A stretch of 64,000 bases of DNA from an uncultured Gammaproteobacteria bacterium (GTDB lineage: Bacteria; Patescibacteriota; Microgenomatia; UBA10105; UBA927): NCBI GenBank assembly GCA_964394685.1, contig CAYMYO010000001.1:14-64013 (forward strand), in the 5' to 3' direction. Position 1 is the first letter of the stretch. Every line of letters begins with the position of its first letter. Positions 47,032 to 58,048 of this stretch are shown piece after piece. Under the pieces are notes generated by a model that saw only the letters and a program-made list of their open reading frames with translations, was not told the DNA's origin and ran no database searches. A program made the translations under genes and the position numbers.

Positions 47032-48597
47032 TTAATTTTCTGGAAGCGTATATTCAAATTCTTTTGCTTTCTTCCACTGATCATTTGATATTGTTGGTAT
47101 GAGTGATGTCTTCAGATAAAGACAAGATGGTTTTCCATACACAGAAAGTTGAGTGTAAAGATGAATAAAATCAATAGGAATGGATGGTTGATATGGTGCA
47201 GATGGCGTACAGAAATCATAATAGAAATCCGGAGGGTTATATAGAAACATCTGTAATCTGGCTCTAAAATATTTGCTGTCTTTTTCAGCTGGATAATAAA
47301 ATGAATAGGGGTAAGCAGATGATCGTTTTGCCTGCCAATAGAGTAATTCTTCGTTTCCATCAACAAACATGGTTTGATTGGGTTGAGACAGCGCTTTTAT
47401 AACTTCCCCTATTCCGATGTAGTGTCCGTAATTGGTGATAAATTCAGTGTGACTATCAATTTTTTGATATATAAAAGAATAGGGAGAAAAACAGCTGTAA
47501 AATACAAGTGGAATTGTGACGGCGAAAAATATATAGGTTTTGCGCATACCGGAAGTTACATCATAAAAAATATATAGTGTAGAAAAAGTAAATAATCCAT
47601 ACCAAACAAGCATATGAAACGCTTCATAATATAGTAATCCTGGACTTGTCGGTCGAAGATTTGCCAAGATTAAACTAATAGATAAGATGAGGGGAAGAAG
47701 AATTTTTTTTGTTCGAACTATTTTTATGATGGACAGGATATAAAGTACACTTAAAATGATTAATAGTACACGAAAATCGTTCCATAAACCAGAAATCAAA
47801 ATATATAGAGGGTAAAAAGCTGATTTGGCTAGTTCCCCCAGTAAAACATTTTGCGTTGAAAATTGAGGAATCAATGCGCGATAAGTATTAATAAGAATAA
47901 CGTTAGATATATAATCTTGTATGGGAAATAGAAAAAATAATGATGCGGTAAGCGTGAAAAAAAGTAGCATTGAGATAACGCCTATGGTTGAAGATACTTT
48001 TTTACGTAAGATTATATAAAGCAAAAATAACGCTAAGGGGATATACGGTTCACGCATAAATACAACAAACCAAGCGCACAGTGTCGCAAAAATGAATTCA
48101 ATAGGATAAACACGTCGTTTTTGCACAGTGAGAGTCATAAGACCCAGAAGATATATAAGTGGATAAACAATAAAAGCTTCTGCTAGAAATCTATCTCCAA
48201 ACACATAAAATTTAGTGAATTCAAATATGAGCATATTGACAAGACCCACAATCCCAAATCGCCAGCAAAGCAGAACTTGAAAAGCCAAACTATAAAGAAT
48301 AAGGGTTTGCCTATGGGCAAGAAGTAATCCATATATATTGATTGGATTAGTATAATGTTGAACGAAAAAACTAACATACGCCATAAGAGGTTGATGATTA
48401 AAATAAATTTCTGAAAATAGCGTCTTTCCTTGCCCCAAAAAATAACCACCTGCAAAATTAAAGCAATCATCAAAACAACCGAAGGCGCTTATTTTTGGAA
48501 TATATATTTTATAGAGGATGAAATATAGCGGTATAAGTAAAAAAATAAGGCCAACAAGTTTTAGAAAAGTACCGAATCTTCGTGTTTTTAACAGCAT
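47032..48597 (-). CDS. GT-C-like multi-TM membrane protein
   Basis: FDD after TM1, FNHQPL, about 10 TMs, soluble C-terminal domain; opposite strand to the rest of the locus. Confidence 0.7.
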   Translation of the reverse strand: MLLKTRRFGTFLKLVGLIFLLIPLYFILYKIYIPKISAFGCFDDCFNFAGGYFLGQGKTLFSEIYFNHQPLMAYVSFFVQHYTNPINIYGLLLAHRQTLILYSLAFQVLLCWRFGIVGLVNMLIFEFTKFYVFGDRFLAEAFIVYPLIYLLGLMTLTVQKRRVYPIEFIFATLCAWFVVFMREPYIPLALFLLYIILRKKVSSTIGVISMLLFFTLTASLFFLFPIQDYISNVILINTYRALIPQFSTQNVLLGELAKSAFYPLYILISGLWNDFRVLLIILSVLYILSIIKIVRTKKILLPLILSISLILANLRPTSPGLLYYEAFHMLVWYGLFTFSTLYIFYDVTSGMRKTYIFFAVTIPLVFYSCFSPYSFIYQKIDSHTEFITNYGHYIGIGEVIKALSQPNQTMFVDGNEELLYWQAKRSSAYPYSFYYPAEKDSKYFRARLQMFLYNPPDFYYDFCTPSAPYQPSIPIDFIHLYTQLSVYGKPSCLYLKTSLIPTISNDQWKKAKEFEYTLPEN

Positions 48598-48687
48598 AGA
48601 GTCTCTATGTATTATATGATATTTATTTAAATGATGATCTGGCCCGATAAATCTCCACATTTGTTTCAGGTGTAGTATTTCGATATA

Positions 48688-50193
48688 ATGAGGGTCATGA
48701 CAGGTAGAATCTGGAAAAGTCCTATAGTATGGTTTTTCCTTCTCGCGGGTATCTATTTCGCTACGAGGATCGTACAACTGACTAACCTCCCTATATTTAC
48801 TGATGAGGCTATTTATATCCGGTGGTCACAAATAGGGAGCGCTGATGCAGCATGGAGGTTTATATCGCTTACTGATGGCAAGCAACCATTTTTTACCTGG
48901 CTTGTTATGGCGAGCGTGAGGCTATTTCAAGATCCATTATTTGCCGGCCGAATGGTGTCTGTTATTGGAGGATTTATTAGCCTTATTGGACTTGTCCTGT
49001 TAAGCCGGGAACTATTCAAAAATGTTTCTATTGGACTTTTTGCCGCAGCTTTGTATGTCATCTCTCCATTTACCTTGATGTATGACAGGCTCGCGTTATA
49101 TGACACATGGGTTGCTACGTTTTCTATCTGGAATTTATATTTAGCCGTCCTTCTTGTCAAAAGATTGCGTCTAGATATCGCCCTTATTTTTGGAATGATG
49201 CTTGGAGTAGGAATGCTCAATAAGACATCAGCATTTTTAAGTCTCTATATGCTTCCAGTTACACTACTATTATTTGATTGGAAGAGGCCACAACTCATAA
49301 AACGATTTATTTTATGGTTGGGATATGGTTTAGTAGCGGCGATTCTGTCCCAGATTATTTACAGTGTTTTGCGGTTATCCCCATTTTTCTATATCATTTC
49401 TCAAAAAGATGTGTTATTTGTCTATCCATTGAAAGAGTGGCTGATTCATCCCTTCAACTTTTTTCAAGGTAATATTCATGGGTTATTTGATTGGTTAAAG
49501 GGGTATATGACATGGCCGCTACTTGCAACAGCATGGGCGGCAATCCTTATTCCCAAAAAATACATGCGCGAGAAATTACTCCTCATTGGTTGGTGGTTAG
49601 CACCATTTATTGCTCTTTCTCTGTTCGGAAGAATTTTATATCCGCGATTTATTTTATTTATGACCATGCCGCTTCTCATTCTCTCTGCGTACACCATTGT
49701 GTGGCTATTGACATTTATTCGAAAGTCTTCGATATTTTTCCTTCTCATTCTTTGCATTTGCGGAAGTAGTATCTATATCTCAACAAGAATACTTATTGAT
49801 ATTAAATCAGCACCGATTTTAAAAGCCGATCGCGGACAACTTGTTGATGATTGGCCGTCCGGATGGGGAACAAATGAAGTCGTAGCGTTTTTGAAAAACC
49901 AACAACAGCCCATTGCTGTGTATACAGAAGGAACATTTGGATTATTTCCGTATGCTCTTGAAATATTTTTACAAAACCATCCGACCATTGAAATTCATGG
50001 ACTTTGGCCGATTCCGGATACTATTCCAAAAGAAATGCTTGAAAGCGCCTCAACCAAACCTACATATTTTGTTTCGAACTTCACCCAAAAAGAATTTTTG
50101 TGGCCTCTGGTGCTTCTTGGAACGTATCAGAAAGGAAATAATCCAAAATCAGCAATGCGGTTATATCAAGTGGTTCCGAAGGTTGAGAAGTAG
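48688..50193 (+). CDS. GT-C glycosyltransferase (ArnT-like)
   Basis: PIFTDEAIY, DGKQP, YDRLAL.D; multiple TMs. Confidence 0.82.
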   Translation: MRVMTGRIWKSPIVWFFLLAGIYFATRIVQLTNLPIFTDEAIYIRWSQIGSADAAWRFISLTDGKQPFFTWLVMASVRLFQDPLFAGRMVSVIGGFISLIGLVLLSRELFKNVSIGLFAAALYVISPFTLMYDRLALYDTWVATFSIWNLYLAVLLVKRLRLDIALIFGMMLGVGMLNKTSAFLSLYMLPVTLLLFDWKRPQLIKRFILWLGYGLVAAILSQIIYSVLRLSPFFYIISQKDVLFVYPLKEWLIHPFNFFQGNIHGLFDWLKGYMTWPLLATAWAAILIPKKYMREKLLLIGWWLAPFIALSLFGRILYPRFILFMTMPLLILSAYTIVWLLTFIRKSSIFFLLILCICGSSIYISTRILIDIKSAPILKADRGQLVDDWPSGWGTNEVVAFLKNQQQPIAVYTEGTFGLFPYALEIFLQNHPTIEIHGLWPIPDTIPKEMLESASTKPTYFVSNFTQKEFLWPLVLLGTYQKGNNPKSAMRLYQVVPKVEK

Positions 50194-50198
50194 CTTCT

Positions 50199-51698
50199 AT
50201 GAAACGAATACAATTCCACCATATCATATGGATATTTTTTATTATTGGTCTGGCAATTGTTGTTCTCTATCCACTCCTAAAGCCGGGATTTATCGTTACA
50301 GATGATGGAGATTGGATGATTATTCGATTTTCAGCGTTTTATCAAAGCCTTCGGGAGGGGCAATTTCCTGTACGTTTTTTAGGACGCTTAAATGATAGTT
50401 ATGGATATCCGGTGGCAAATTTTCTCTATCCGGGATTTATGTATATAGGAAGTTTTATTAAAGCAGTTGGTTTTTCTTTTCAAACGTCAATTGAAATCAT
50501 CATTGGTTCATCTATTTTACTTGGTTCTATAGCGATGTATGTCTGGCTCAATTCGTTTTTTACTCCACTTGCGAGTTTTGTCGGATCGATATCATTCTTA
50601 TTTTCTCCGTATCTTCTTTACGACGCATATAAACGAGGATCAGTTGGAGAACTACTAGCAATAGCATTAGTTGTTAGTATTTGTGCTGCTATTGAAAAAA
50701 AGGCTCGTGTATTGATTCCTCCGTTAACTCTGCTTCTTGCAATAAGTCACAATACGCTTGCATTGTTTTTCATACCATTTCTATTTGTCTATATCCTTGT
50801 CAAGAAACAATACCGATTGCTGTATCCTTTTGGTATTGGATTAGGGATGTCAGTATTTTTCTGGGGACCGGCCTTATTTGAACAATCACTCATTGCATTT
50901 AATCGGATAACCGTATCAGATCCTCAACATTATTTTGCAATGAGTCAAACAATTCTTATCCAAAGTTCACTTTTTATTATTGCCGCTATCATAAGTCTTT
51001 TTGGAAAGAAACTTATCTATAAAAAGGAACGATTATTGTTTTTTACAATCATTATTATTGTCTGCGTGTTTACCACTGGTATCAGCTCCTACATATGGAA
51101 TATCCCTTTGTTTGCAAAAGTAATTCAATTTCCCTATCGGTGGTTTTCTCTTGTTCTTATTATTGGGCCGTGGTTTGTCGCGTATATGACCGACAGGAAA
51201 GGGATAGCGCGAATACTCGCGATGATCGGAATTGCATATTTTATGTATGTTGCGTTTCCTTATATAAAAACAGAAAGTGTTGTTCGTCCTGACGGATTTT
51301 ATTCTACTAATGAGGGAACGACGACTGTCGCAAACGAATATATGCCGAAATGGGTAACAAAGGAATTTGAAACAAGACCTGCTAAAAAAATAGATTTCTA
51401 TAGTGGTTCAGGAACACTTTATCAAAAAAAGGTAAACAGCCAAGTTATTGATGTAGTTATTGATGCAAAAGAACCGAGTATTCTTCAAATAAACACTCTG
51501 TATTACCCCGGATGGGGAGGAATGCTTGATAACAAGAAACTTGATATATCAATTGATAATCCATATGGGGTAATGAGAATAGATATTCCTTCGGGAACGC
51601 ATCATCTTTATATGGCGTTTCGTGAAACACCAGTTCGTTTTGTTTTCGACATGATAAGTTTTATATTTTTTATAATTTTTATATTCGTTATTTTATGA
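50199..51698 (+). CDS. GT-C-like membrane protein (PTPS-related/YfhO-like family)
   Basis: DDG, GQFPVRF...L...YGYP..NF.Y, RGSVGE, QFPYR, YYPGW. Confidence 0.75.
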   Translation: MKRIQFHHIIWIFFIIGLAIVVLYPLLKPGFIVTDDGDWMIIRFSAFYQSLREGQFPVRFLGRLNDSYGYPVANFLYPGFMYIGSFIKAVGFSFQTSIEIIIGSSILLGSIAMYVWLNSFFTPLASFVGSISFLFSPYLLYDAYKRGSVGELLAIALVVSICAAIEKKARVLIPPLTLLLAISHNTLALFFIPFLFVYILVKKQYRLLYPFGIGLGMSVFFWGPALFEQSLIAFNRITVSDPQHYFAMSQTILIQSSLFIIAAIISLFGKKLIYKKERLLFFTIIIIVCVFTTGISSYIWNIPLFAKVIQFPYRWFSLVLIIGPWFVAYMTDRKGIARILAMIGIAYFMYVAFPYIKTESVVRPDGFYSTNEGTTTVANEYMPKWVTKEFETRPAKKIDFYSGSGTLYQKKVNSQVIDVVIDAKEPSILQINTLYYPGWGGMLDNKKLDISIDNPYGVMRIDIPSGTHHLYMAFRETPVRFVFDMISFIFFIIFIFVIL

Positions 51699-53323
51699 AA
51701 AAAATATTCGGACTTATTATCGTTTGTCTCTTGTCCTTCTGGTCTGTCAAAAGTCTTATGGGGCGAGGATACTTTCCGATGCATGATGATACGCAAATCG
51801 CACGCGTTGTTGTCATGGGAAATGCCTTGAGGAACGGACAATTTCCCGTCAGGTGGGTTTCTGATTTAGGATATGGCTATGGATACCCATTATATAATTT
51901 TTATGGGCCACTTCCATATTACTTTGGAGGCTCTTTATACGCGCTAGGGATAGATAGTGTGATTGCTACGAAATGGATGTTTGGAATTGGATCTGTACTC
52001 GCTGCTGTCTCGATGTATTTCTTTTTATATCCAATAATGGGCTTGTTAAGTTCAATTACCGGCTCGATGATTTTTTTATATGCACCCTATCACGCAGTGC
52101 AAATATATATTCGTGGATCAGTTGGAGAGTATTGGGCAATGGCATTTGTTCCGCTTATACTACTTGGCGTTTATAAAAAGAGGCCAATTATTGGCGCTTT
52201 GGGACTTGCCGGGACAATTCTTTCTCATACGATACTTGGGTTTATCTCAACCGCTATGTTGGGTTTTTCGATTGTTATTTTTTTGATAAGAAGGCGTGAT
52301 GGGAACATTTTGAAATTACTATCCTTAGGTCTTGGTATTTCAGCATTTTTTTGGCTTCCGGCACTTATGGAAATGCAATACACAAGTGTCTCTCATATGA
52401 TTGCCTCATCATCAACATCATTTACAAATCATTTTATCTGTTTATCTCAACTTTGGAATGCACCTTGGGGATATGGAGGATCAGCTCTTGGGTGCGTTGA
52501 TGGAATGTCTTTCAAAATAGGGAAATTTCATAGTATTGTTTTTGTATTGTCGTTATGTATTCTATTTTTCAATAGATTAGTTATGAGACTGAAAAAAATT
52601 AATACCATTGTCATGGTGGTAGCCTTATATATCGTAGTGATTATATTTTTGATGCTTCCGTATTCCTCCTTTATTTGGAATAATTTTGCTTTCACGCGCT
52701 TTATTCAATACCCATGGAGGCTGTTGTCATTTGTAATGCTAGGTATAGGAATACTCAGTGCGTATATTGTCGCATCATGGAGAGCTCCAATTGTTAGATT
52801 TCTGCTTGCAGCGATTATTGTTATAAGCGCAATTGCGATAAACGCAAAATTGTTTATTCCACAATATCAGTATCTCAGAGATTCGTATCAATTCGAAACA
52901 AAAGAAGAGCTGCGGTACCGGATATCTAAAATATCTGATGAATATTTACCAAAAGACCTGCCACGTCCAATGTACAGTACCGATCTTGTTCATGATGTGA
53001 TTTCACAAAACCCGACGTTTACTGTTAAAGAGATACAAAAATCAGAAACATCTATGATGTATGAAATCAAAAGCACGATTACTCAGACTATCCAATTAAA
53101 ACTTGCGTATTTTCCAGGTTGGATATTTAAAGTTAACGGAAATGAAATCACACCCACAATTGCCAGCGGTTTACCCTCCGTGATAGTATCTGAAGGGCAA
53201 TCAATTATTGAGATGAGATTTAGAAATACACCCATTCGAACGCTAGCAAATGCTATAACTGTTATAACGATTATAACAATTATAATTTTTATACTAATTT
53301 ATGGGAAAAAAACCAACGCTTAA
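51695..53323 (+). CDS. GT-C-like membrane protein (PTPS-related/YfhO-like family), paralog of the previous gene
   Basis: HDD, GQFPVRW..DL.YGYGYPLYNFY, RGSVGE, QYPWR, YFPGW. Confidence 0.78.
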   Translation: MKKIFGLIIVCLLSFWSVKSLMGRGYFPMHDDTQIARVVVMGNALRNGQFPVRWVSDLGYGYGYPLYNFYGPLPYYFGGSLYALGIDSVIATKWMFGIGSVLAAVSMYFFLYPIMGLLSSITGSMIFLYAPYHAVQIYIRGSVGEYWAMAFVPLILLGVYKKRPIIGALGLAGTILSHTILGFISTAMLGFSIVIFLIRRRDGNILKLLSLGLGISAFFWLPALMEMQYTSVSHMIASSSTSFTNHFICLSQLWNAPWGYGGSALGCVDGMSFKIGKFHSIVFVLSLCILFFNRLVMRLKKINTIVMVVALYIVVIIFLMLPYSSFIWNNFAFTRFIQYPWRLLSFVMLGIGILSAYIVASWRAPIVRFLLAAIIVISAIAINAKLFIPQYQYLRDSYQFETKEELRYRISKISDEYLPKDLPRPMYSTDLVHDVISQNPTFTVKEIQKSETSMMYEIKSTITQTIQLKLAYFPGWIFKVNGNEITPTIASGLPSVIVSEGQSIIEMRFRNTPIRTLANAITVITIITIIIFILIYGKKTNA

Positions 53324-54044
53324 TATTGTTATTCCTGTTTATAACGAAGAGGACGAACTTGAAAGTCATACAGAGACCCTTATCGGGTTTCTAAAATCGT
53401 ATTTAACTGATTTTGACTGGAGTATCACAATTGCCGATAATGCTTCTGTTGATAAGACGCTTGCTATTGCCCGCAGGCTAGCAAAAAAGTATCCGGCAGT
53501 GCGTGCGTTTCATTTGGATAAAAAAGGCAGGGGTCGGGCTGTGAAAGAAGCATGGATGAAAATTGAAGCGGACGTTCACTGTTACATGGATGTTGATTTG
53601 TCTACTGATCTTAAACATATCCCGCCGCTTGTCCGGTCGATTCTTCGGGGATATGATATCGCAATAGGAACTCGGAATGCCGAGTCTTCGAAGGTATATG
53701 GAAGAGGATGGCTACGGACACTAACTTCTAAAACATATATCGCTCTTATCCGATTGTTATTTTTCATCCGTTTTACCGACGCGCAGTGCGGGTTTAAGGC
53801 AATCACGGGTCAAGCAGCGAAAAGCTTACTTCCGTATATAGAGGATAACGAATGGTTTTTTGATTCAGAACTTCTCATTGTTGCCGAAAAGCTCGGATAT
53901 AGAATATATGAAGAAGCAGTGACGTGGATAGATAATCCGGGTTCAACAGTTCGGGTAGTTAAAACAGCTCAAGGAGACTTAGATGGATTATGGAGATTAT
54001 TCAAAATTCGACCATGGAAGACACTTGCTAAACGATATGGATGA
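53301..54044 (+). CDS. polyprenyl-phosphate glycosyltransferase-like GT2
   Basis: IPVYNEE, DNAS.D, KGRGRA, YMDVDLSTD, DAQCGFK, WFFDSE. Confidence 0.9.
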   Translation: MGKKPTLNIVIPVYNEEDELESHTETLIGFLKSYLTDFDWSITIADNASVDKTLAIARRLAKKYPAVRAFHLDKKGRGRAVKEAWMKIEADVHCYMDVDLSTDLKHIPPLVRSILRGYDIAIGTRNAESSKVYGRGWLRTLTSKTYIALIRLLFFIRFTDAQCGFKAITGQAAKSLLPYIEDNEWFFDSELLIVAEKLGYRIYEEAVTWIDNPGSTVRVVKTAQGDLDGLWRLFKIRPWKTLAKRYG

Positions 54045-55482
54045 AACAAATATAGAATCTATTAAGAAAAAATCTGTTACCGGTATTTTAGCACTCACTT
54101 CAAGGACATTTCTTTTGCAACTCATCGCTTTTGGAGCGACATTTTTGCTGACTATCTATTTGACTCCATCAGTATTTGGTATATTTTTTGTTGTATCAGC
54201 TGTTATTTCATTCTTATCTTATTTTTCAGATATTGGGCTTGCAGCGGCCCTCATTCAAAAAAAGGAAGAGATTACAGATGATGATTTAACGACGACATTT
54301 ACCATACAACAACTTTTGGTGTTACCCATTGTGCTTGTTGCGTATTTTTTATCTTCACGAATCGGATTATTTTATGGGCTAGATAGTGATGGAGTAGTAT
54401 TATTTCAAGCGCTCGTTATTTCTTTTTTCTTTTCATCACTTAAAACAATCCCCTCAGTGCTTCTTGAACGGTCATTAAAATTTCATATCCTCGTTATTCC
54501 TCAAATAGCAGAAACATTAGGGTTTTACATTGTTGCCGTGGTCCTTGCCTCCCGAGGATTAGGGGTTGCAAGTTTTACGTATGCGGTGTTAACACGGGCA
54601 ATTGTTGGACTTGTCCTCATGTATATCGTTTCTCCGTGGAAAATAAAAATAGGGATTGAGAAAACTGTGGCAAAGCGGTTACTCAAGTTTGGTATACCAT
54701 TTCAACTCAATTCTTTTTTGGCACTTCTCAAAGATGATTTGATGACTGTATTTTTAGGTAAAATTCTTCCATTTGCCGAGGTCGGGTATATTGGGTGGGC
54801 GAAGAAATGGGCAGAAGTGCCACTTCGTTTAATCATGGATGGTGTCATTCGGGTAACATTTCCGGCATTTGCACGGCTGCAGCATTCAAAGGAGATTTTA
54901 GGACGTGCAATTGAAAAGACGCTATTTGGTCTCGCTATCACCATTCTTCCGATATCAGTGGGACTTTTGTTTTTTATTGACCCCCTCGTCAAACTTATAC
55001 CTAAATATGGTAAATGGGAACCTGCTCTATTTTCCTTTTCGTTGTTTGTTCTTGCCTCCATATTAGCTGCATTTTCAACGCCGCTCACAAACGCCTTAAA
55101 TGCAGTTGGAAAGATAAAAATCACTCTTTTGCTTATGGTTTCATGGACTATTGCTACCTGGGTTCTTACCGTAACTCTTGTTCATTACATTGGATTTAAT
55201 GGAGTTGCCGTTGCGCTTTTTATTCTTACGTCGTCTCTGCCAATTGTTGTGGCACTGACTAAAAAGGTTGCGGTTTTTTCTTTTGTATCCATGGTAAAAT
55301 GGCCATTTGTCGCAGCGTGCACCCAATCTTTGTGGTATTACTTATTTCGAGGAAGCGCTCCCTATACACTAATACATCAGGTTATCATTGCTTCCTCCGG
55401 TGTTATACTATATATGGCTGTGCTTTGGTTGTTTGAAAGGAAACGAATCATGGAAATGGTTCATTTCATTCGACTAAAATAA
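54037..55482 (+). CDS. Wzx-type oligosaccharide flippase
   Basis: L.P..FG, SDIGLAAALIQKK, FPAFARLQ; about 12-14 TMs. Confidence 0.88.
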   Translation: MDETNIESIKKKSVTGILALTSRTFLLQLIAFGATFLLTIYLTPSVFGIFFVVSAVISFLSYFSDIGLAAALIQKKEEITDDDLTTTFTIQQLLVLPIVLVAYFLSSRIGLFYGLDSDGVVLFQALVISFFFSSLKTIPSVLLERSLKFHILVIPQIAETLGFYIVAVVLASRGLGVASFTYAVLTRAIVGLVLMYIVSPWKIKIGIEKTVAKRLLKFGIPFQLNSFLALLKDDLMTVFLGKILPFAEVGYIGWAKKWAEVPLRLIMDGVIRVTFPAFARLQHSKEILGRAIEKTLFGLAITILPISVGLLFFIDPLVKLIPKYGKWEPALFSFSLFVLASILAAFSTPLTNALNAVGKIKITLLLMVSWTIATWVLTVTLVHYIGFNGVAVALFILTSSLPIVVALTKKVAVFSFVSMVKWPFVAACTQSLWYYLFRGSAPYTLIHQVIIASSGVILYMAVLWLFERKRIMEMVHFIRLK

Positions 55483-55483
55483 T

Positions 55484-56395
55484 ATGAAACCGACCCTATC
55501 TATTGTTATCTCTGCGTATAATGAAGAAAGATCAATTGAGCGATGTTTGAAGTCAGTCAGCCAACTGGCGGATGAAATAATAGTTGTTGATAACGAGTCA
55601 CAGGATAAGACAGTGGAAGTGGCTAAGAAGTATACAAAAAAAGTTTTTAGTGCCCCCAATCAACTGATGCTCAATATCAATAAAAATTTTGGTTTTTCAA
55701 AGGCAAGTGGAGATTGGATATTGAATCTTGATGATGACGAGGAAGTAACTCCAGTTCTTGCTAAAGAAATACTATCACTCATTCGTTCTAATCCATCTAA
55801 AAATGGCTTTTGGTTAAAACGGAAAAATTTTTCCTTTGGTAAATGGATACAACATGGGCTTTGGTGGCCGGATAAACAAATCAGATTATTTCGAAGGGGA
55901 CGTGGACAATTCCCCTGTGTTCATATCCATGAATATGTCAAAGTGGATGGAGAGGTTGGAGAGCTTACTGAACCATATGTTCACTATAATTATGAAACAG
56001 TACATCAGTATCTAACAAAAATTGACCGTGCTTCAACGAGTGAAGCTATTACATTGTCAGAGTTAAATTATCAACTCATGTGGCATGACGCAATCCGTTT
56101 TCCGGTATCTGATTTTATAAAAATTTATTTTGCGCAAGGAGGATATAAAGACGGTCTCCATGGATTAGTTCTTTCTTTGTTTCAAGCATTTTACTCTTTT
56201 TGTACGTTTGCTAAGTATTGGGAAATGAAAAAATTTGAACAGCGCGACATATCATTGAAAGAGGTGTCATCAGAACTGAATAACAGAAAAGAAGAAATAC
56301 GATATTGGATACTGACAAGTAAGCTGACTAAGTCATCACCCATAATGAAGGTATTTCTCAGGATGAAACGTAAACTCATTTCGATTCATGCATGA
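55484..56395 (+). CDS. glycosyltransferase family 2
   Basis: AYNEE..I.RCL.SV, VVDNES.D.T, WIL.LDDDE, WPD.Q.RLF. Confidence 0.9.
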   Translation: MKPTLSIVISAYNEERSIERCLKSVSQLADEIIVVDNESQDKTVEVAKKYTKKVFSAPNQLMLNINKNFGFSKASGDWILNLDDDEEVTPVLAKEILSLIRSNPSKNGFWLKRKNFSFGKWIQHGLWWPDKQIRLFRRGRGQFPCVHIHEYVKVDGEVGELTEPYVHYNYETVHQYLTKIDRASTSEAITLSELNYQLMWHDAIRFPVSDFIKIYFAQGGYKDGLHGLVLSLFQAFYSFCTFAKYWEMKKFEQRDISLKEVSSELNNRKEEIRYWILTSKLTKSSPIMKVFLRMKRKLISIHA

Positions 56396-57321
56396 AAATC
56401 AAACAATACAACATTACCGCTGTTATAGTCAATTGGAATGGTAAAGATGACACCGTGAGATGTTTGGAATCGCTTCAAAAAATTAATTTATTAGGGAACA
56501 CGCTTTCAATAATTGTTGTAGATAATGGATCGACGAATGACTCTGTTAGCGTTATCAAGAAGTTTTTTCCGAAAATCTCCGTGATTGTTACAGGAAAGAA
56601 TTTAGGTTTTACCGGCGGAAATAACGTAGGGATCCAAGAAGCGATGAAGAGAAAAGCTGATCTCATTTGGCTCTTGAATAATGATACGTTGGTAGACCGA
56701 CAGGTGTTATCTTTTGCAACTGTATTTGACGACCAACACATAGGTGCGTGCGGCAGCAAGATCTATTTTGCTCCCGGTCATGAGTTTCATCATGATAGAT
56801 ATAAGGACAGTGAACGCGGAAGGGTCTTCTGGTATGCCGGAGGTCTTATTGATTGGAATAACCTATATGCATCCCATAGAGGCGTTGATGAAGTAGATCA
56901 CGGACAATATGACAAAAAAGAAGAAACACCATTTATCACCGGATGTTCGTTCGTGGTGAGACGGGAAGTTATAGAACAGGTTGGGATGCTTGATGACCGC
57001 TATTACTTGTATCTTGAAGATCTGGATTGGAATATTCGGATGCAAAAAGCCGGTTTTAAGACGCTCTATGTTCCAGCATCAATTGTGTGGCACGTGAATG
57101 CGGGTTCATCGGGAAGACCCGGCAATCCTGTTCATGAATACTATTTTACCCGGAACCGATTGCTTTTGGGAATGCGATACGCATCAATTCGAATTAAGTT
57201 TGCTCTTATTCGTGAAGGCTGTCGTTTTTTCATAGGGCAATCAGCTATTCGAAGAAAAGCAGTATTAGATTGGTTGTTTGGTAGATTTGGTAAACAATAT
57301 GAGCCAAAAAAAATCAATTAG
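56392..57321 (+). CDS. glycosyltransferase family 2 (rhamnosyltransferase-like)
   Basis: VNWNG, VDNGS, NLGFTGGNN, LLNND, YLEDLD. Confidence 0.9.
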   Translation: MKIKQYNITAVIVNWNGKDDTVRCLESLQKINLLGNTLSIIVVDNGSTNDSVSVIKKFFPKISVIVTGKNLGFTGGNNVGIQEAMKRKADLIWLLNNDTLVDRQVLSFATVFDDQHIGACGSKIYFAPGHEFHHDRYKDSERGRVFWYAGGLIDWNNLYASHRGVDEVDHGQYDKKEETPFITGCSFVVRREVIEQVGMLDDRYYLYLEDLDWNIRMQKAGFKTLYVPASIVWHVNAGSSGRPGNPVHEYYFTRNRLLLGMRYASIRIKFALIREGCRFFIGQSAIRRKAVLDWLFGRFGKQYEPKKIN

Positions 57322-58048
57322 CGCCATAATAATTGCGAAAAACGAAGAAGCCCGGATAGCGGAGTGTATAAAGAGTGTCGGCTGGGTCGATGAAGTCATT
57401 GTTGTTGACAACGGTTCAATGGATGCAACAGCGGAAGTTGTAAAGAAACTGAAAGTGGATCTCATTATAGATACGATGCAGGATTTTGCTTCCATCAGGG
57501 ATAAAGGAGCATCGGTTGCACACGGAACGTGGCTTCTGTATGTTGATGCTGATGAGACGGTGACGGAACAACTGAAAAAAGAAATTTTGAGAATTAGTAC
57601 ATCACCGTCTTCCGATGCGGCATATTTTATTTCCAGGAAAAATTATTATCTGGGTCATGAGTGGCCGACAAAAGACAAAATGATACGGCTTATCAAAAAA
57701 GACGCGCTTATTTCCTGGGTAGGGAAGCTGCATGAACACCCCGAAATACGGGGAAACATCGGAGATCTGAAAGAACCGTTACTCCATGACACTCATAGAA
57801 CGCTTTCTGAAATGGTTACTAAAACAAATGAGTGGTCTGAAGTTGAGGCGGATTTACGGTTATGTGCAAATCACCCTCACATGGTAACATGGAGATTTTT
57901 TCGAGTTATGGGATCTGCATTTTGGAAATCCTATATTAGTGAAGGTGGTTGGAAAGCGGGAATTGTTGGATGGATAGAAAGTATCTATCAGGCATTTAGT
58001 ATGTTTATTACCTATGCAAAGCTATGGGAAAAACAACAAAAAACATAA
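57299..58048 (+). CDS. glycosyltransferase family 2
   Basis: IAKNEE, VVDNGS.D, VDADE, LHE. Confidence 0.9.
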   Translation: MSQKKSISAIIIAKNEEARIAECIKSVGWVDEVIVVDNGSMDATAEVVKKLKVDLIIDTMQDFASIRDKGASVAHGTWLLYVDADETVTEQLKKEILRISTSPSSDAAYFISRKNYYLGHEWPTKDKMIRLIKKDALISWVGKLHEHPEIRGNIGDLKEPLLHDTHRTLSEMVTKTNEWSEVEADLRLCANHPHMVTWRFFRVMGSAFWKSYISEGGWKAGIVGWIESIYQAFSMFITYAKLWEKQQKT

